Of a stretch of DNA of 64,000 bases, positions 48,836-60,100 are shown in pieces; the stretch's first letter is position 1, and every line of letters starts with the position of its first letter. The notes beneath the pieces were generated by a model. That model had not been told where the DNA came from and did not search any database. It worked only from the letters and a program-made list of their open reading frames with translations. The DNA is taken from the NCBI GenBank assembly GCA_965242705.1, contig OZ251486.1, forward strand, positions 2,412,255 through 2,476,254, read 5' to 3'. This DNA is from Bryobacterales bacterium (lineage in GTDB: Bacteria > Acidobacteriota > Terriglobia > Bryobacterales > UBA6623). The position numbers and the translations under genes were made by a program.

Positions 48836-49148
48836 GTGTTCGGTCCCGCGAAGTGATGATATGGATTGAGGTGGAAGCGGTGGTTTTCTTCTGAGTCATA
48901 GAGGTTGCAGATGTACTGGTGGGGAGTGGAGCCGTTGAGGGCTTTGAGGCGGCGGGCGAAATTGTAGGCCTTGAGGAAGCAATCGAGGTGGTTGCGGAAG
49001 CAGTCGTGGCTGTCGTAGTGGTAGCGTTTGACGGTGGCTTCCTTGATGGTGCGGTTGATGCGTTCGACTTGGCCGTTGGTCCAGGGGTGGTTGGGTCGGG
49101 TGAGGCGCTGCTCGACGCCAAGCTGGGCGCAAACTTGAGTGAAGCTGT
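48832..49148 (-). pseudogene. IS481-family transposase C-terminal fragment with its right end
   Basis: 'RLTRPNHPWTNGQVERINRTIKEATVKRYHYDSH...AYNFARRLKALNGSTP'; ends '...GGGACCGAACA'; N-terminal part missing. Confidence 0.85.
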
Positions 49149-49149
49149 G

Positions 49150-49205
49150 CGCGGCGCGCTTCGCGCCGCGGCAGCGGATAGCGGATAGCGGATAGCGGAT
49201 AGCGG
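49150..49205. repeat. GC hairpin plus (AGCGGAT)x4 heptamer array, REP-like
   Basis: 'cgcggcgcg-ctt-cgcgccgcg' then agcggat x4. Confidence 0.8.
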
Positions 49206-49300
49206 GCAACCCCGTATCGAACTCCCGTATCGAACTGTGGAAACCCGACCCGGCGCCGTCAAACGCACGGGCTTGAAAATAAAGCCCCGCGCGCAAATTT

Positions 49301-49562
49301 TCAGGAAAGCTCTGCGCAAGCAGGCGCCGGCGGCGGGCGCAGCCGCCCGGCTCGCAACTCCCGACTCGGAAACACTGCGCAGCCGTCAAGCATGACGGGG
49401 TTCATGCCACGAAAAGAAGCGCTTCATGCAAGTTTTGATCGCTTTGCGCGCCTATACCCGCCAATGCGCGCTTATTTTCGACGTCCCGCCGCCGAAAATC
49501 GATCGCATGGGTTCAGAGCTTCTTGGGCCGAAGCCGTACAGACGAAAATCGACGCATGGGAC
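49301..49562 (+). repeat. dispersed intergenic repeat, copy D
   Basis: Aligns by eye with copies A and C along its full length. Confidence 0.85.
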
Positions 49563-49599
49563 GGAACCCGGGGTAGGCCGCTGCTTGTTCAGAGCGTCT

Positions 49600-49800
49600 T
49601 TAGCGGGCGACTGCATTGCCGCGTTTGACTTCCTCTGCAAGATATTTCCTGCTGCCATCCCGGCGGCGGTAATTCTCATAGGTGATGCCCGGGTTCTTCA
49701 GAATTAGGTCCAGCGACTTGTACGTACGCTTTCCATGTTTACGATAATTCTCGTCGATAGTCGCATACAGGCGCTTTCCGGCATATTCCGAAACAGACAT
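49600..49800 (-). CDS. small basic hypothetical protein (66 aa)
   Basis: Strong SD GGAGGT 4 nt before ATG 49800; lower GC than flanks; MSVSEYAGKRLYAT...NPGITYENYRRRDG. Confidence 0.65.
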   Translation of the reverse strand: MSVSEYAGKRLYATIDENYRKHGKRTYKSLDLILKNPGITYENYRRRDGSRKYLAEEVKRGNAVAR

Positions 49801-49834
49801 CTTTACCTCCTGATTTTCTGCCGGCGCGCCGCGG

Positions 49835-50881
49835 CTATTCGACCCAGCCGTGCGCGCCGCGCACCGCAACCATCGCCGCCAGGATGTCGTTCCAGGTCTG
49901 CGGCTCCATCATCACCGCGTTGGGAAACATGCAGCCGTCCCAGCAAATATGCCGCGCCGCCTTGGTCAACGCGCCGTTCTCATCGCGCAGCCAGAAGCCC
50001 GCGTGCCTGGGAATATCCAGCTTGCCGTTGGGGTCGCCGGCCTGACAGTGGCGCCCGGTGCGGTCGTGGCTGCCCGCGCCGTGAACCGTCGCATCGTTCT
50101 GCGCCACGTGAAAATCAATGGTCCACGGCCGCAGCGCGCCGGTCAGCGCGCGCAGCGCGTCGTCCAGCTTGCCCGCGTCGTCCCAAGCGAAATCCTGCGG
50201 CAGCAGGGCGTGTTCCGGCGCATTGTAGCCCAGCGTATAAAGCAGCGTGTGCGCCATGTCGGCCTGGAAACCCAGATGGGGGCTGTCCACGCCTTCGAGG
50301 ATTTCCAGCATGTATTTCCAACTGTGCATGCCGCCCCAGCAGATCTCGCCCTCGGCGGCCAGCCTTTCGCCGTGGTCGGCGGCGATGGCCGCGGCCTGCT
50401 TGAACGTCTCGACGGCGTGGGCCGTGTTGCCCGCCGGGTCTTTCGCCCAGTCGGCCACGCCGCTGGCCGTGTCTATGCGCACCACCCCGTAGGGCCGCGC
50501 GCCCCATTCCTTGAGCTTTTGCGCGATGCGGCAGCCCTTGCGCACCGCCGAGAGAAACGCCGCGCGCCCCTCGCCCGGGTCGATCGCCGCGCCGCCTCCG
50601 GTCGGTCCCCATATCGGAGCCACCACCGAGCCGATGGCCAGATTCCGAGCGGAAAACTTGTCCGCCCAAACCTTGAGATCGTCGTCGGAAATGTCGATGT
50701 TGATATGCGGGTCGTACAGAAACAAATCCACGCCGTCGAACTTCTGCCCGTCAACCTCGGCGTTCGCCGTCAGATCGAGCATCGTATCCAGATCGATCGG
50801 CGGCTGATCGGAACCCGGCTCCTTGCCGACCACGCCCGGCCAAGCGGCATTGTGCAATTTGGGAAAGTTGTTGGCGCTCAT
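49835..50881 (-). CDS. sugar phosphate isomerase/epimerase (xylose isomerase-like TIM barrel)
   Basis: 'LHNAAWPG', '[14 protein letters not shown]', 'FQADMAH', 'DFHVAQND', 'HICWDGCMF'. Confidence 0.8.
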   Translation of the reverse strand: MSANNFPKLHNAAWPGVVGKEPGSDQPPIDLDTMLDLTANAEVDGQKFDGVDLFLYDPHINIDISDDDLKVWADKFSARNLAIGSVVAPIWGPTGGGAAIDPGEGRAAFLSAVRKGCRIAQKLKEWGARPYGVVRIDTASGVADWAKDPAGNTAHAVETFKQAAAIAADHGERLAAEGEICWGGMHSWKYMLEILEGVDSPHLGFQADMAHTLLYTLGYNAPEHALLPQDFAWDDAGKLDDALRALTGALRPWTIDFHVAQNDATVHGAGSHDRTGRHCQAGDPNGKLDIPRHAGFWLRDENGALTKAARHICWDGCMFPNAVMMEPQTWNDILAAMVAVRGAHGWVE

Positions 50882-50926
50882 CGTCAGACAATCATAGCGC
50901 TATCCGCGGCCGCGGCGCAGCCCGTC

Positions 50927-51589
50927 TCAGCGCTGCGGCGGCGATTCCACGCGGTAGCGCAGCAGAATCGTATTGTCCAACTCGAGATCCTCGCTCCAGA
51001 TGAACTCGGCGCCCTCGAAATCGTAATCGCGGTAGGGCTGCTGCGGACGCACCTGCTCCACCGTGAAAACCGTCGCGGCGCCCCAGGCCGAATCGTCGAA
51101 ATCGGGCTGGTTCCATCCCTCGGGAACGGGAATGCGCTCCGTCCGCGGATTTTCCAGGTCGCCGCCGATCGGCCCCCAGAAAACCTTTTTCGCCTTCCAG
51201 TCGCCGTTGGTCACCGTGCCGTCGCCGAGCTTCATGACGAAACCGCCGTCGCCGATCTGCGTGTTGTTCCACTCCAGGCCGGTCTTCTCGTCGGCAAAGT
51301 CTTTGGCCATCACCGCGATCGTCAGCGGATACTTCGGCAGAATATCGACGGAAATCGCGTTGTGCGGCACGAAGGCGATCGAATCGACGGCCGTCAGTTC
51401 GCCGTTGATCCACAGCATGAACGAGTTGTCCGCGTAGATGTTGGCCTTGATCGTGTCGGTCATGCGCGGACGGTTGGGGCGCGGGCCGCCGCCCTTGCGG
51501 CGCGGCCTCTGGGCCTCGGCCGCCGCCGGACAAAGCAGCGCCGCCAACCCGGCAAAGAGCAACACACGGCGGTGTCTCCAAACAGACAT
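50927..51589 (-). CDS. secreted hypothetical protein (possible carbohydrate-binding jelly-roll)
   Basis: Signal peptide ending 'AEAQ'; 'NIYADNSFMLWING', 'WNQPDFDDSAW', 'AEFIWSEDLELDN'. Confidence 0.6.
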   Translation of the reverse strand: MSVWRHRRVLLFAGLAALLCPAAAEAQRPRRKGGGPRPNRPRMTDTIKANIYADNSFMLWINGELTAVDSIAFVPHNAISVDILPKYPLTIAVMAKDFADEKTGLEWNNTQIGDGGFVMKLGDGTVTNGDWKAKKVFWGPIGGDLENPRTERIPVPEGWNQPDFDDSAWGAATVFTVEQVRPQQPYRDYDFEGAEFIWSEDLELDNTILLRYRVESPPQR

Positions 51590-51688
51590 GACCCCTTCAG
51601 CTTGCCATACTTTCCGACGTTTCGGGGACGCGCCCCGACCCGCGACCCGCCGACCCGCGGCGCCGCGCCAAGCGCGGCCGATTAGACT

Positions 51689-52522
<834 letters not shown>

Positions 52523-52547
52523 CCCTCAAAGCCTGCGGCGGCGCCCC

Positions 52548-53150
52548 ATGCAAACCTACTCCCACCTGCTGATCGGCATCTGGCTGCGCGCGCGGCTGAC
52601 CAAGCGCGGAACGGCGGCTCATACGATGATGATCTTCGGCTCGTCCGCCCCCGACGCGCCGCTGACGCTGCTCACTCTCTGGCATTTCTGGCAACAATAC
52701 GGCCTGCACGGCTCAGGGTTTCCGCTTTTCGGGCCGGAGTACGACGCCCGCTACTTCCACGATCCCCTCTGGCTCGCCGCGCACAACGTCTTGCACAGCC
52801 CGACCGCGGCCGCCCTCTGGCTCGCCCTCGGCTGGTTCGCCGGCGTCCGCCGGGGCAGCCGCCCCTGGACGGTCTTTTTCTGGTTCGCCGCCGGCTGCGC
52901 GCTCCATTCGCTGATCGACGTCGCCACGCACCACGACGACGGCCCGCTGCTGTGGTTCCCCTTCGACTGGGAAACCCGCTTCCATAGCCCGATCAGCTAC
53001 TGGGACCGCCGCCATTACGCGGGCGTCGTCTCGCCCATCGAGCACGCTATCGACGCCCTGATCCTCGTCTGGGCGGCGGCCGCCCTGCTGCGGCGGCGCA
53101 AGGCGAAACTCAGGCGGACGGCGGCGCAGGCCGCAGAACGCCCTCGATAA
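52548..53150 (+). CDS. membrane-bound metal-dependent hydrolase-like protein
   Basis: 'YSH', 'APDAP', 'HNVLHS', 'LHSLIDVATHHDDGP'. Confidence 0.7.
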   Translation: MQTYSHLLIGIWLRARLTKRGTAAHTMMIFGSSAPDAPLTLLTLWHFWQQYGLHGSGFPLFGPEYDARYFHDPLWLAAHNVLHSPTAAALWLALGWFAGVRRGSRPWTVFFWFAAGCALHSLIDVATHHDDGPLLWFPFDWETRFHSPISYWDRRHYAGVVSPIEHAIDALILVWAAAALLRRRKAKLRRTAAQAAERPR

Positions 53151-56100
53151 TTTTGCGCAGGCAATCGCGGTCGTTCAGAAAATAAACGCCCCGGTCTTCC
53201 CATACGCTCTGCGAATGCCCCTCGCCGCCGATTTCCTCGGGCCGCGTCACGGACAAAACATAGGCATGCAGGCGCAGGTTCGGCTCCTGCCCGCGCACCC
53301 GCTCCTCGACCTCTTTGATCGCCTCGTTCAGATTCACCTTTTCGCGTTCCCTGGCGCCGAACCGGCTCAGCCCCTTCGGGTCGAGAAACAGCATGTGCTG
53401 CAATCCGCCGTCTTTCAACCAGACGATGAAATCCGGATAGTAGCCGAAATCGTCGAAGAACGACACGCCCCGGCCGCGCGTCAGGTTGCGAATCAGGAAC
53501 AATTCCCTGCCCGGCGGCCAAGCGGAACCGTCGGACCGAATCAACGATTCCAACCCGCTAACGAACATACATTCGTCAGGGTTCAGGGGAACGGGCCGCA
53601 CCGTGACGACGCGATCCCTGCCGTCGGTATAGAGCAGCGGACGGTAAGCATGAGCATCCGAGCGCACGAAGCCGACTCGAATCCTCTGGAACATTGCCAA
53701 AGTCTGCTCGTTTTCCTCGATACAGCGCTGCAACTCGCAGACGTCGGCGATCAACCGCTCGTCTGCCGCATCGACCGACAACTCGTAGGCGCCGGGGTTG
53801 TTCGGGTCGTTCTCATCCAACGCGGCGACCTCGATCTCGTTGTGCTCCCAGCGCCGGCGCTCGCGGCGCCAGAAACGCTCGGCGTAGGCGCCGAGTAGAT
53901 CGACGGCGATATCCTCCAATTCGCGCACCCGCCGGAAGCCGCCGGAGCGCAGCCGCTCCTCGGGCATGTAAAGTTCGTACCAATCTTCGCTTTGCAGCAG
54001 CCGCTCCACCGTTTGCCGCGGGACGGCCAGATTGCGCCAACCATTCTGCAGCTTGCGCCGCAGCAGCCTGTCGTAAACGCGGGTCGTATCGAAAAACGCA
54101 GCGTAACGCTTGAGGCCGACTCGGTTTTTCCGCGCTTCCGGGCCTGATTCGCGGGCGCCGGAGGCGGTCGATTGCAGCCGCGAATACAGGTCGAGCGTCA
54201 CCGCGGGCGCGGCCCCGAGGTCAGGCTCCGGCAGCACGGGGCGCTCGGCGGAAAGGTCGTAGAAGCGGCCTTCCTTCAGCCGCAGCGTCTTCAGGCCGGC
54301 ATCCCGCGCGAAGTTCCAGGTGACCGGCAGGCGGAAGGTCTCCCGATCGACGCCCATCCCGCCCTCGCGCAGGATTTCCCGAAAGCGCTGCATGTAATCG
54401 GCGCGCAGGCCGAAGATATACAGCTTCTCCAGTTCCGCCAGCATTGCGCCGCCCTCGGGCGGCTCGACTCCCAGCGCGCGATGCCGCTTGAGGCTCATGC
54501 CCCGCCCCTTCAGGCGCACGCCGCGGCCGAACATCTGGATGATTTCCGGCCCCTCGCTCTTGCCGACGTGCATCAGCCCCATCACGCTCACCCGCCACGA
54601 GTTCCAACCGGCGATGAAGCGCCGCGCGCCGACGACCACGTTCACCGGCGAGCCCGGCCGGTCCACGCCGTGGAACAGCCGCTCGACAAAGCCCATTTCC
54701 CGCTCCACGTCGAAATCGGGATTGGCGTTTTCCGCCAGCAGCGCGTAAAGCCGCGCCGAATCGCCGACGTTGACCACGCCGAAAGGGTCGTTGTCGCCCG
54801 CGCGCAGGTGCAGTTCCCCCTCGCCCGCGGTCAGATAGACGACGCGCAGCCGCCCGGCGCCGTGGAAAAGCGTTGCGCACAGGTCGGCGTAGATGTCTTC
54901 CCCCCGCGGCAGATGCCCAAAGCGCTCGGCGAAGTAGTCGCGGCCGTCCTCGTCGAGCAGCCCCGATTCCCCCGCCAGCAGGCGCGCGATCATCGGCCGC
55001 GCCTCGCCGCCGCGGGCCAGCGCCCAGCCGAGGAAGTTGAGGATGCGCGCCACGTCCGAGCGCGTTTCCCGATCCGCCTCGCTCGACCCCGTAACCGTCT
55101 TGCCCAGAAACACCCACAGCGGCTTGGCCAAGTTGAACTCGCTCCACTGCGCGGCGTTCTCCCGCCAGATGCGGCACTGTTGGTAGAAGGTCAGCAGACA
55201 GCCCAGCAGGTACATCCGGCTGTTGTCGTCCGCCGACCCCTGCGGCAGGTTCGAGATGGCGTAGTCCTTGCCGTAGCCGTCCGCGTGGAAGCGGCGGTAG
55301 GCGTAATCGAACAGCAGGCACTTGCCGTAAGCGTGCAGCAAGTCTTCGTCGCCCTTCTTGCCGACGACCTGATTGAACGTCGCCGAGTACTCGAAGGTGA
55401 AGCCGCCGCGGGAAAGCTCCTTGCGGCGCTCGCGCCAGACCTTGCCCGACGAACCCAGGTGCCCCTCATCGACCAGCACCAAGTTGTTCTCGCCGAAGTC
55501 GCTCACGGCCACGCGCTTGACGCCTTTCCTCTCGGCCAGCTTGTTCAGGTCGATGATCTCGACGGGCGCGAACAGGTCCGCCGCCGCATCCGGCGAAAAC
55601 AGCCGCGCGCGCAGGCCGCTCTCGCGCATCTCGCGCTCGTGCTGCGCCGACATCTGCTCGTTGGGCGTCACCAGCACGACGTTGTTCAAGCGTCCGCCCG
55701 CCCGCTCGAGATAATGCCGGTATTGCAGGATGTGCGCATGCATCAACAGCGTCTTGCCCGAGCCGGTCGCGCTCTGAAAGGCGATGGTGCTCAGGTCGTC
55801 CAACTCGTAGTCCGGCAGCCGGCCGGTCAGCCGGCGATTCCACCTCGCGTTGTTCAAAGAGGCGCGCAGCGCCTCGGGGTCGTCGAACCAGCACCGCAGG
55901 TAATGCTCGGTGAACAGCAGCGCCAGATACTGATGGGGCTTCCACGTCCGCCCGCGCTCCCCCGTCATGCTCAACTTGCCGCTGTGCGCCTCGATGTTGG
56001 CGTCGTACTCGGCAAGCCGGTCTTCTGTAACAGGGCGGTCGCGGGGAGAGGACAGCCACAACACTTCCGCATACTGGCTCTTGCCGCTGCGAGAATGACC

Positions 56101-56226
56101 GCCGGGCTCAACGTTGCGCAGCCGGTCGAGCATCGTGCCGATATCGTCGTAGCCGAACTGTCGACAGACGAAAAAGCACAGTACGAGGCGGTTTTCGAGC
56201 TGCGGGTTGCTTGTCTGGCGTCGCAT
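53110..56226 (-). CDS. res: type III restriction endonuclease subunit Res
   Basis: Walker A 'ATGSGKT', 'LVDEGH', 'EYSATF', 'QMFGRGVRL', C-terminal nuclease 'YPDF...DPKG'. Confidence 0.9.
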   Translation of the reverse strand: MRRQTSNPQLENRLVLCFFVCRQFGYDDIGTMLDRLRNVEPGGHSRSGKSQYAEVLWLSSPRDRPVTEDRLAEYDANIEAHSGKLSMTGERGRTWKPHQYLALLFTEHYLRCWFDDPEALRASLNNARWNRRLTGRLPDYELDDLSTIAFQSATGSGKTLLMHAHILQYRHYLERAGGRLNNVVLVTPNEQMSAQHEREMRESGLRARLFSPDAAADLFAPVEIIDLNKLAERKGVKRVAVSDFGENNLVLVDEGHLGSSGKVWRERRKELSRGGFTFEYSATFNQVVGKKGDEDLLHAYGKCLLFDYAYRRFHADGYGKDYAISNLPQGSADDNSRMYLLGCLLTFYQQCRIWRENAAQWSEFNLAKPLWVFLGKTVTGSSEADRETRSDVARILNFLGWALARGGEARPMIARLLAGESGLLDEDGRDYFAERFGHLPRGEDIYADLCATLFHGAGRLRVVYLTAGEGELHLRAGDNDPFGVVNVGDSARLYALLAENANPDFDVEREMGFVERLFHGVDRPGSPVNVVVGARRFIAGWNSWRVSVMGLMHVGKSEGPEIIQMFGRGVRLKGRGMSLKRHRALGVEPPEGGAMLAELEKLYIFGLRADYMQRFREILREGGMGVDRETFRLPVTWNFARDAGLKTLRLKEGRFYDLSAERPVLPEPDLGAAPAVTLDLYSRLQSTASGARESGPEARKNRVGLKRYAAFFDTTRVYDRLLRRKLQNGWRNLAVPRQTVERLLQSEDWYELYMPEERLRSGGFRRVRELEDIAVDLLGAYAERFWRRERRRWEHNEIEVAALDENDPNNPGAYELSVDAADERLIADVCELQRCIEENEQTLAMFQRIRVGFVRSDAHAYRPLLYTDGRDRVVTVRPVPLNPDECMFVSGLESLIRSDGSAWPPGRELFLIRNLTRGRGVSFFDDFGYYPDFIVWLKDGGLQHMLFLDPKGLSRFGAREREKVNLNEAIKEVEERVRGQEPNLRLHAYVLSVTRPEEIGGEGHSQSVWEDRGVYFLNDRDCLRKIIEGVLRPAPPSA

Positions 56227-56229
56227 CCT

Positions 56230-57153
56230 TTACAACAATCCTTCGCGCTCGAAGACCTGCCGTATCTCCTCGAACGCTCCCTTGATCTCTCCCTTTGGAA
56301 ACTTTATACATCCAAGTCCATTGATATTGCTGAATTCCTCACAGCCCTTTTCCAAAACAATGATCGCCTTCTCGAACCCAAGCCGCCCTTGAAACAAACC
56401 TACTTCATGAACGACATTCTCCCGAGCCCGTAGCGTACCATCCGGCTGCCCGTCTTCTGCCGTCATAACTAGAAGCGCAATGGATGCCGAATCCAACATT
56501 TGCTTGAGGCGGTCAACAGTAGTCATGCCGGCAGCAGACGATCTATTAAATTCATCTACCGTAAGCTGCAAACGCTCAGTAATGAAGTCCTTTAATTCGC
56601 GCCAAACCGGTGAATGGCCATGGCCAATAAATACTTTCCCTTTATCCACAGTATCTTTCCCGGTTGTTCTAGTGGTTTTTCGTGTCGATTTCTTTTGCTC
56701 TTTATTATCATCACAAAAGATGAATCGAGATGGACTTTGTGATGTATCCAAGCGACATGATGCACCATGTTCTTCAAATAAAACATACATCTTCTTTGTA
56801 AATTCTTCTACTTCATTTTTGACGCTTTTTTTATTATCGTCTTCTCCATGAGATATTATTATATTGACAAGATCAAGAGCACGGCTAGATTTGCCTCGGA
56901 TAATTTCATTTTCAATGTCTTTCGGAAGCTTGGAACCGTAGCGACCCATTTCATTTTGAATTTCATTGGTATTTTTATTAAGAAACTCTCTCAAAACTCG
57001 GTCAAAAAAACGCTTTCCCGGGTAGATGTTGCAATCTTCATCTACTTTTACATTCCGGGACCATAATAGCAAATCTTCAACAGCATTGAATATTGCACGT
57101 CTCAGATCATCCGCCATCCGATTATCGGTAAATTTGCCACGATTAGAGGTCAT
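56230..57153 (-). CDS. TIR-like nucleotide-binding domain protein (Cap12/PF10137-type) with N-terminal AbiJ-NTD-like region
   Basis: 'KVFIGHGHS..W..LKDF', 'ALLVMTAED', 'RARENVVHEVGLFQGRLG', 'EFSNINGL'; GAGGAGG SD inside the mod 3' end; markedly AT-rich. Confidence 0.85.
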   Translation of the reverse strand: MTSNRGKFTDNRMADDLRRAIFNAVEDLLLWSRNVKVDEDCNIYPGKRFFDRVLREFLNKNTNEIQNEMGRYGSKLPKDIENEIIRGKSSRALDLVNIIISHGEDDNKKSVKNEVEEFTKKMYVLFEEHGASCRLDTSQSPSRFIFCDDNKEQKKSTRKTTRTTGKDTVDKGKVFIGHGHSPVWRELKDFITERLQLTVDEFNRSSAAGMTTVDRLKQMLDSASIALLVMTAEDGQPDGTLRARENVVHEVGLFQGRLGFEKAIIVLEKGCEEFSNINGLGCIKFPKGEIKGAFEEIRQVFEREGLL

Positions 57154-60100
57154 TGACAGCCTCCTCAAACATCAGCTCCCGAAGAACCGGCTCGATGCTC
57201 TCCGCTTTCCAAGTATCGTTTGGCTGCCGCATGGCGTTCAGCGTGTGGTCGCCGTTGGCGTAAATCACGTCCAGCGGGGCCGCGAAACGCTCGCGGTTGC
57301 GCACGAACCAAGCTTCCAGAGCGGTGTTGCTCGTCTTCTCGAAATTGCGCCAGAGGATCAGGCATTTTCGCTCTTGGGAGTCTGCGCCCTCGATAGCGAG
57401 TAAGCCTTCGACACTCCGCCGGGATTCCACGCGCAGGCCGAGCAGGTAGTTGAAGGTCGCCGGCAGATCGACCGGCGTTTCGCGGCGCATGCCATCGCGC
57501 ACGACGGAAAGCGTGTAGACGAAGGGGTCCGCAAAATACTTGCCCAACAGGCAGGCGCTGCCCGCCGTCTCCGTGCCGAGAGCATAGCGCAGCCGGTAGT
57601 CTTCGGCCATTTCGGGGTTCTCGTCGAGCAATGCCTCCTGCGCGTCCGACCGCGGCGCCACTTCCAAGCTGTCCATCGTGTCCTCGTAGGACTCCAAGCG
57701 GACATACTGGAACAACTGCGATACGCCCTTGCGGGAAACTGGCCTGCCGTCCTTCCAATCCGACGAATAGGCAACCTTCTTCATGCGCGGCAACAGTACC
57801 GTATCGAAGTGGCGGCCAATCTCCACCAAGACATATTTGCGCCGTCCCTCGTCTTCACGGTTGAGATTGACCACCGCATGGCCTGTCGTGCCGGAACCGG
57901 CGAAGTAGTCCAAAACTGTCGCCGTGTCCTCGGAGATCGTAAAAATAGAATCCATCACCGTATGGATGGATTTCGGGTAAAGGTCCTGTTCGACCTTGAG
58001 TCCCAGATTCGTGAGCCAACGCGTACCGTAATCGCCAGCTATGTATCTCGGACTGTCCCAGACCGTCTTGACTGCTTTTTCAGACCGTCCCTTCTCAATC
58101 TGAACCTCACCTGAACTGTTGACGACTTTGACCCGGAGAAGATGCCTGATTTTTCCCACCGATCCCCGTGCATACCGCCACTTTCTCTCAACCCCTTGGG
58201 AATCGACAGGATAGACGAGTACGCTGTCGCCCTGAACTATATTCGATGCGCCTGGATGAAAATCCTCTGCACATACATCGCCAAAACCCACAACTTCATT
58301 GTTTTTGACGATAATCGGATAAAAGCAGTTTTTCGCAGTGAATCGTTCGGACTCCCTTCCCCATTTCCGAAGATTATCAAAATTTCGTTCCTCTTCGGAA
58401 ACGGGCATGCCGTGTGCCGTCTGTAGTCCCGGCGGAATACAGAACAAAGCGTAATCGTGATTGTAGGAAAAAAACGCCCCTTGTATGCCCTTTTTGTTAT
58501 GCACTACCACAATACATATTCTGGAGTGATCTGGAAACAGGATTGACAGGAGTTTGCCGAGAACTTCCTGTTCATTTTCATCGATAGCTATAACATGGGA
58601 GCCGTCGGATGTCGTCAACTTACTGCTCAGTCTCAACCGATTGTCCATGAGAGAAAGCCACGACGAATGTTTGTAGGAGTTTTTGTAGAGTATCTCCGAG
58701 GTCTTCGAGTTATACGGCGGATCGATGTAAACACACTGCACCTGCCCTCGATATCTCGCCTGCAACAGGTTGAGCGCCTGGAAGTTTTCGCCGTGGAGCA
58801 GCAGCCCGTCTGTTTGCTCGTCGAGCGGCCCGGCGTCGGAGAGCGCCGCCAGCAGCCGATCGCGGAACGCGCCGTCGAAGTGCCGCGTATCCAGCACCAG
58901 ATAGGGGTTGGCCTTGAGGAAGGCCGCGCTTGGCGGGCTGCTCCAGGTTGCGTTGCCGTTGGTCAGGTCGCCGGCGACCGTATCGACGGCGAACAACTCG
59001 ACCCATTCCCCGCACTGCGCTTCGTTGGCGGCGATTTCGGGGTACAGCGCCTCCGGCACGCGGTCGAGCGTCACGCACCAGTTCGTTTCGAGCACGAATT
59101 TCTTCTTGAGCCAGAGCCGCTTCTGAAAGTCCTCGAGCTGCGCCAGAAAGTCGATGATCTTGACGCCGATGTAGCGGGCGGCGCATACGCGCGCCAGAGC
59201 GCGGTCGAAGCGAAAGACGTCGCCCTGGTCCAGATCGTCAAGGTTGAGCATCTCGGTATTCAGGTACAGATCCAGTTCGCGGCGCAGGAAACCGCCCAAG
59301 TCTTTGTGGATGAAGTAATCGAAGCTGTTCTTGGCCGTGTAGCGCTCCAAGTGCTTGGCCAGCAGCGTACGCTCGCCGTTGGCCTCCGTGGGCTCGGGAC
59401 GGCCAAGCAGGGGCAGCCATTCCGCCCCCGCCGCGCTGCGGATGCTCTCCGCCGCCGCCTCGTTGATGCGGCTTTGCTGCTTGCTGTTGTTGCCCGGCCA
59501 CTTGCGCTTTTCGCCGTCGGTCAAGGGCCTGTGCTCGAAGCGGACGACCAGTTCGTTGCCTTCGACGGCAACGGCGGCCTTGCCGCGGGCGAGCACGAAG
59601 CGGCGCTGCCGGCCGTTGGCTTCCTTGACGTTGTCCTTCTCGTTATCGGCCGCGGCGATCTCGAAACGCACGCGCCGCGCCGCCTCGCCCGCGCCGGCGG
59701 CGAAAGCGTAGGCGGCGTAGTTCTCGGTCGTTTTGACGTAGTACTGATCGGCGTTGGCCCAGTGCAGCTTGACTTCCTCGCCGTCGTAGGGGATCAGGTA
59801 GGCCGCGCGGCCGCCGCTCGAATAGCGCCGCTGCGAGATGAAATCGCCCTCGGCGTAGTAGCGGGAAAAGAAGTTGACCAGATGGTTGTAAACGTCGGCT
59901 TCGGCGTTCTTGTCCTGCTCCATCGCGGTCAGCCGAGCGCGCAACTTCTGAATCACGGGCGAATCTTCGGGCTCGAATCCCAATTTCGAAGCATCCATAG
60001 CCACCTCCAGCATCCTGTCCTTCAGATTGACTATTTGCTCGGCGGTGGTGAGATCGAGCTTGTCTTTCACCTGCGGCAGCAGGTCGTTTTCGAGGAACGC

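Noticed and set aside
3787-49562. Dispersed repeats and NHL internal repeats as a CRISPR array
   Set aside because: No regularly spaced identical repeats with unique spacers and no cas genes; the NHL periodicity is protein-coding.
49392-49628. Small protein encoded by the dispersed repeat (MTGFMPRKEALH...)
   Set aside because: The equivalent frame has an internal stop in copies A and C, so the similarity is only at nucleotide level.
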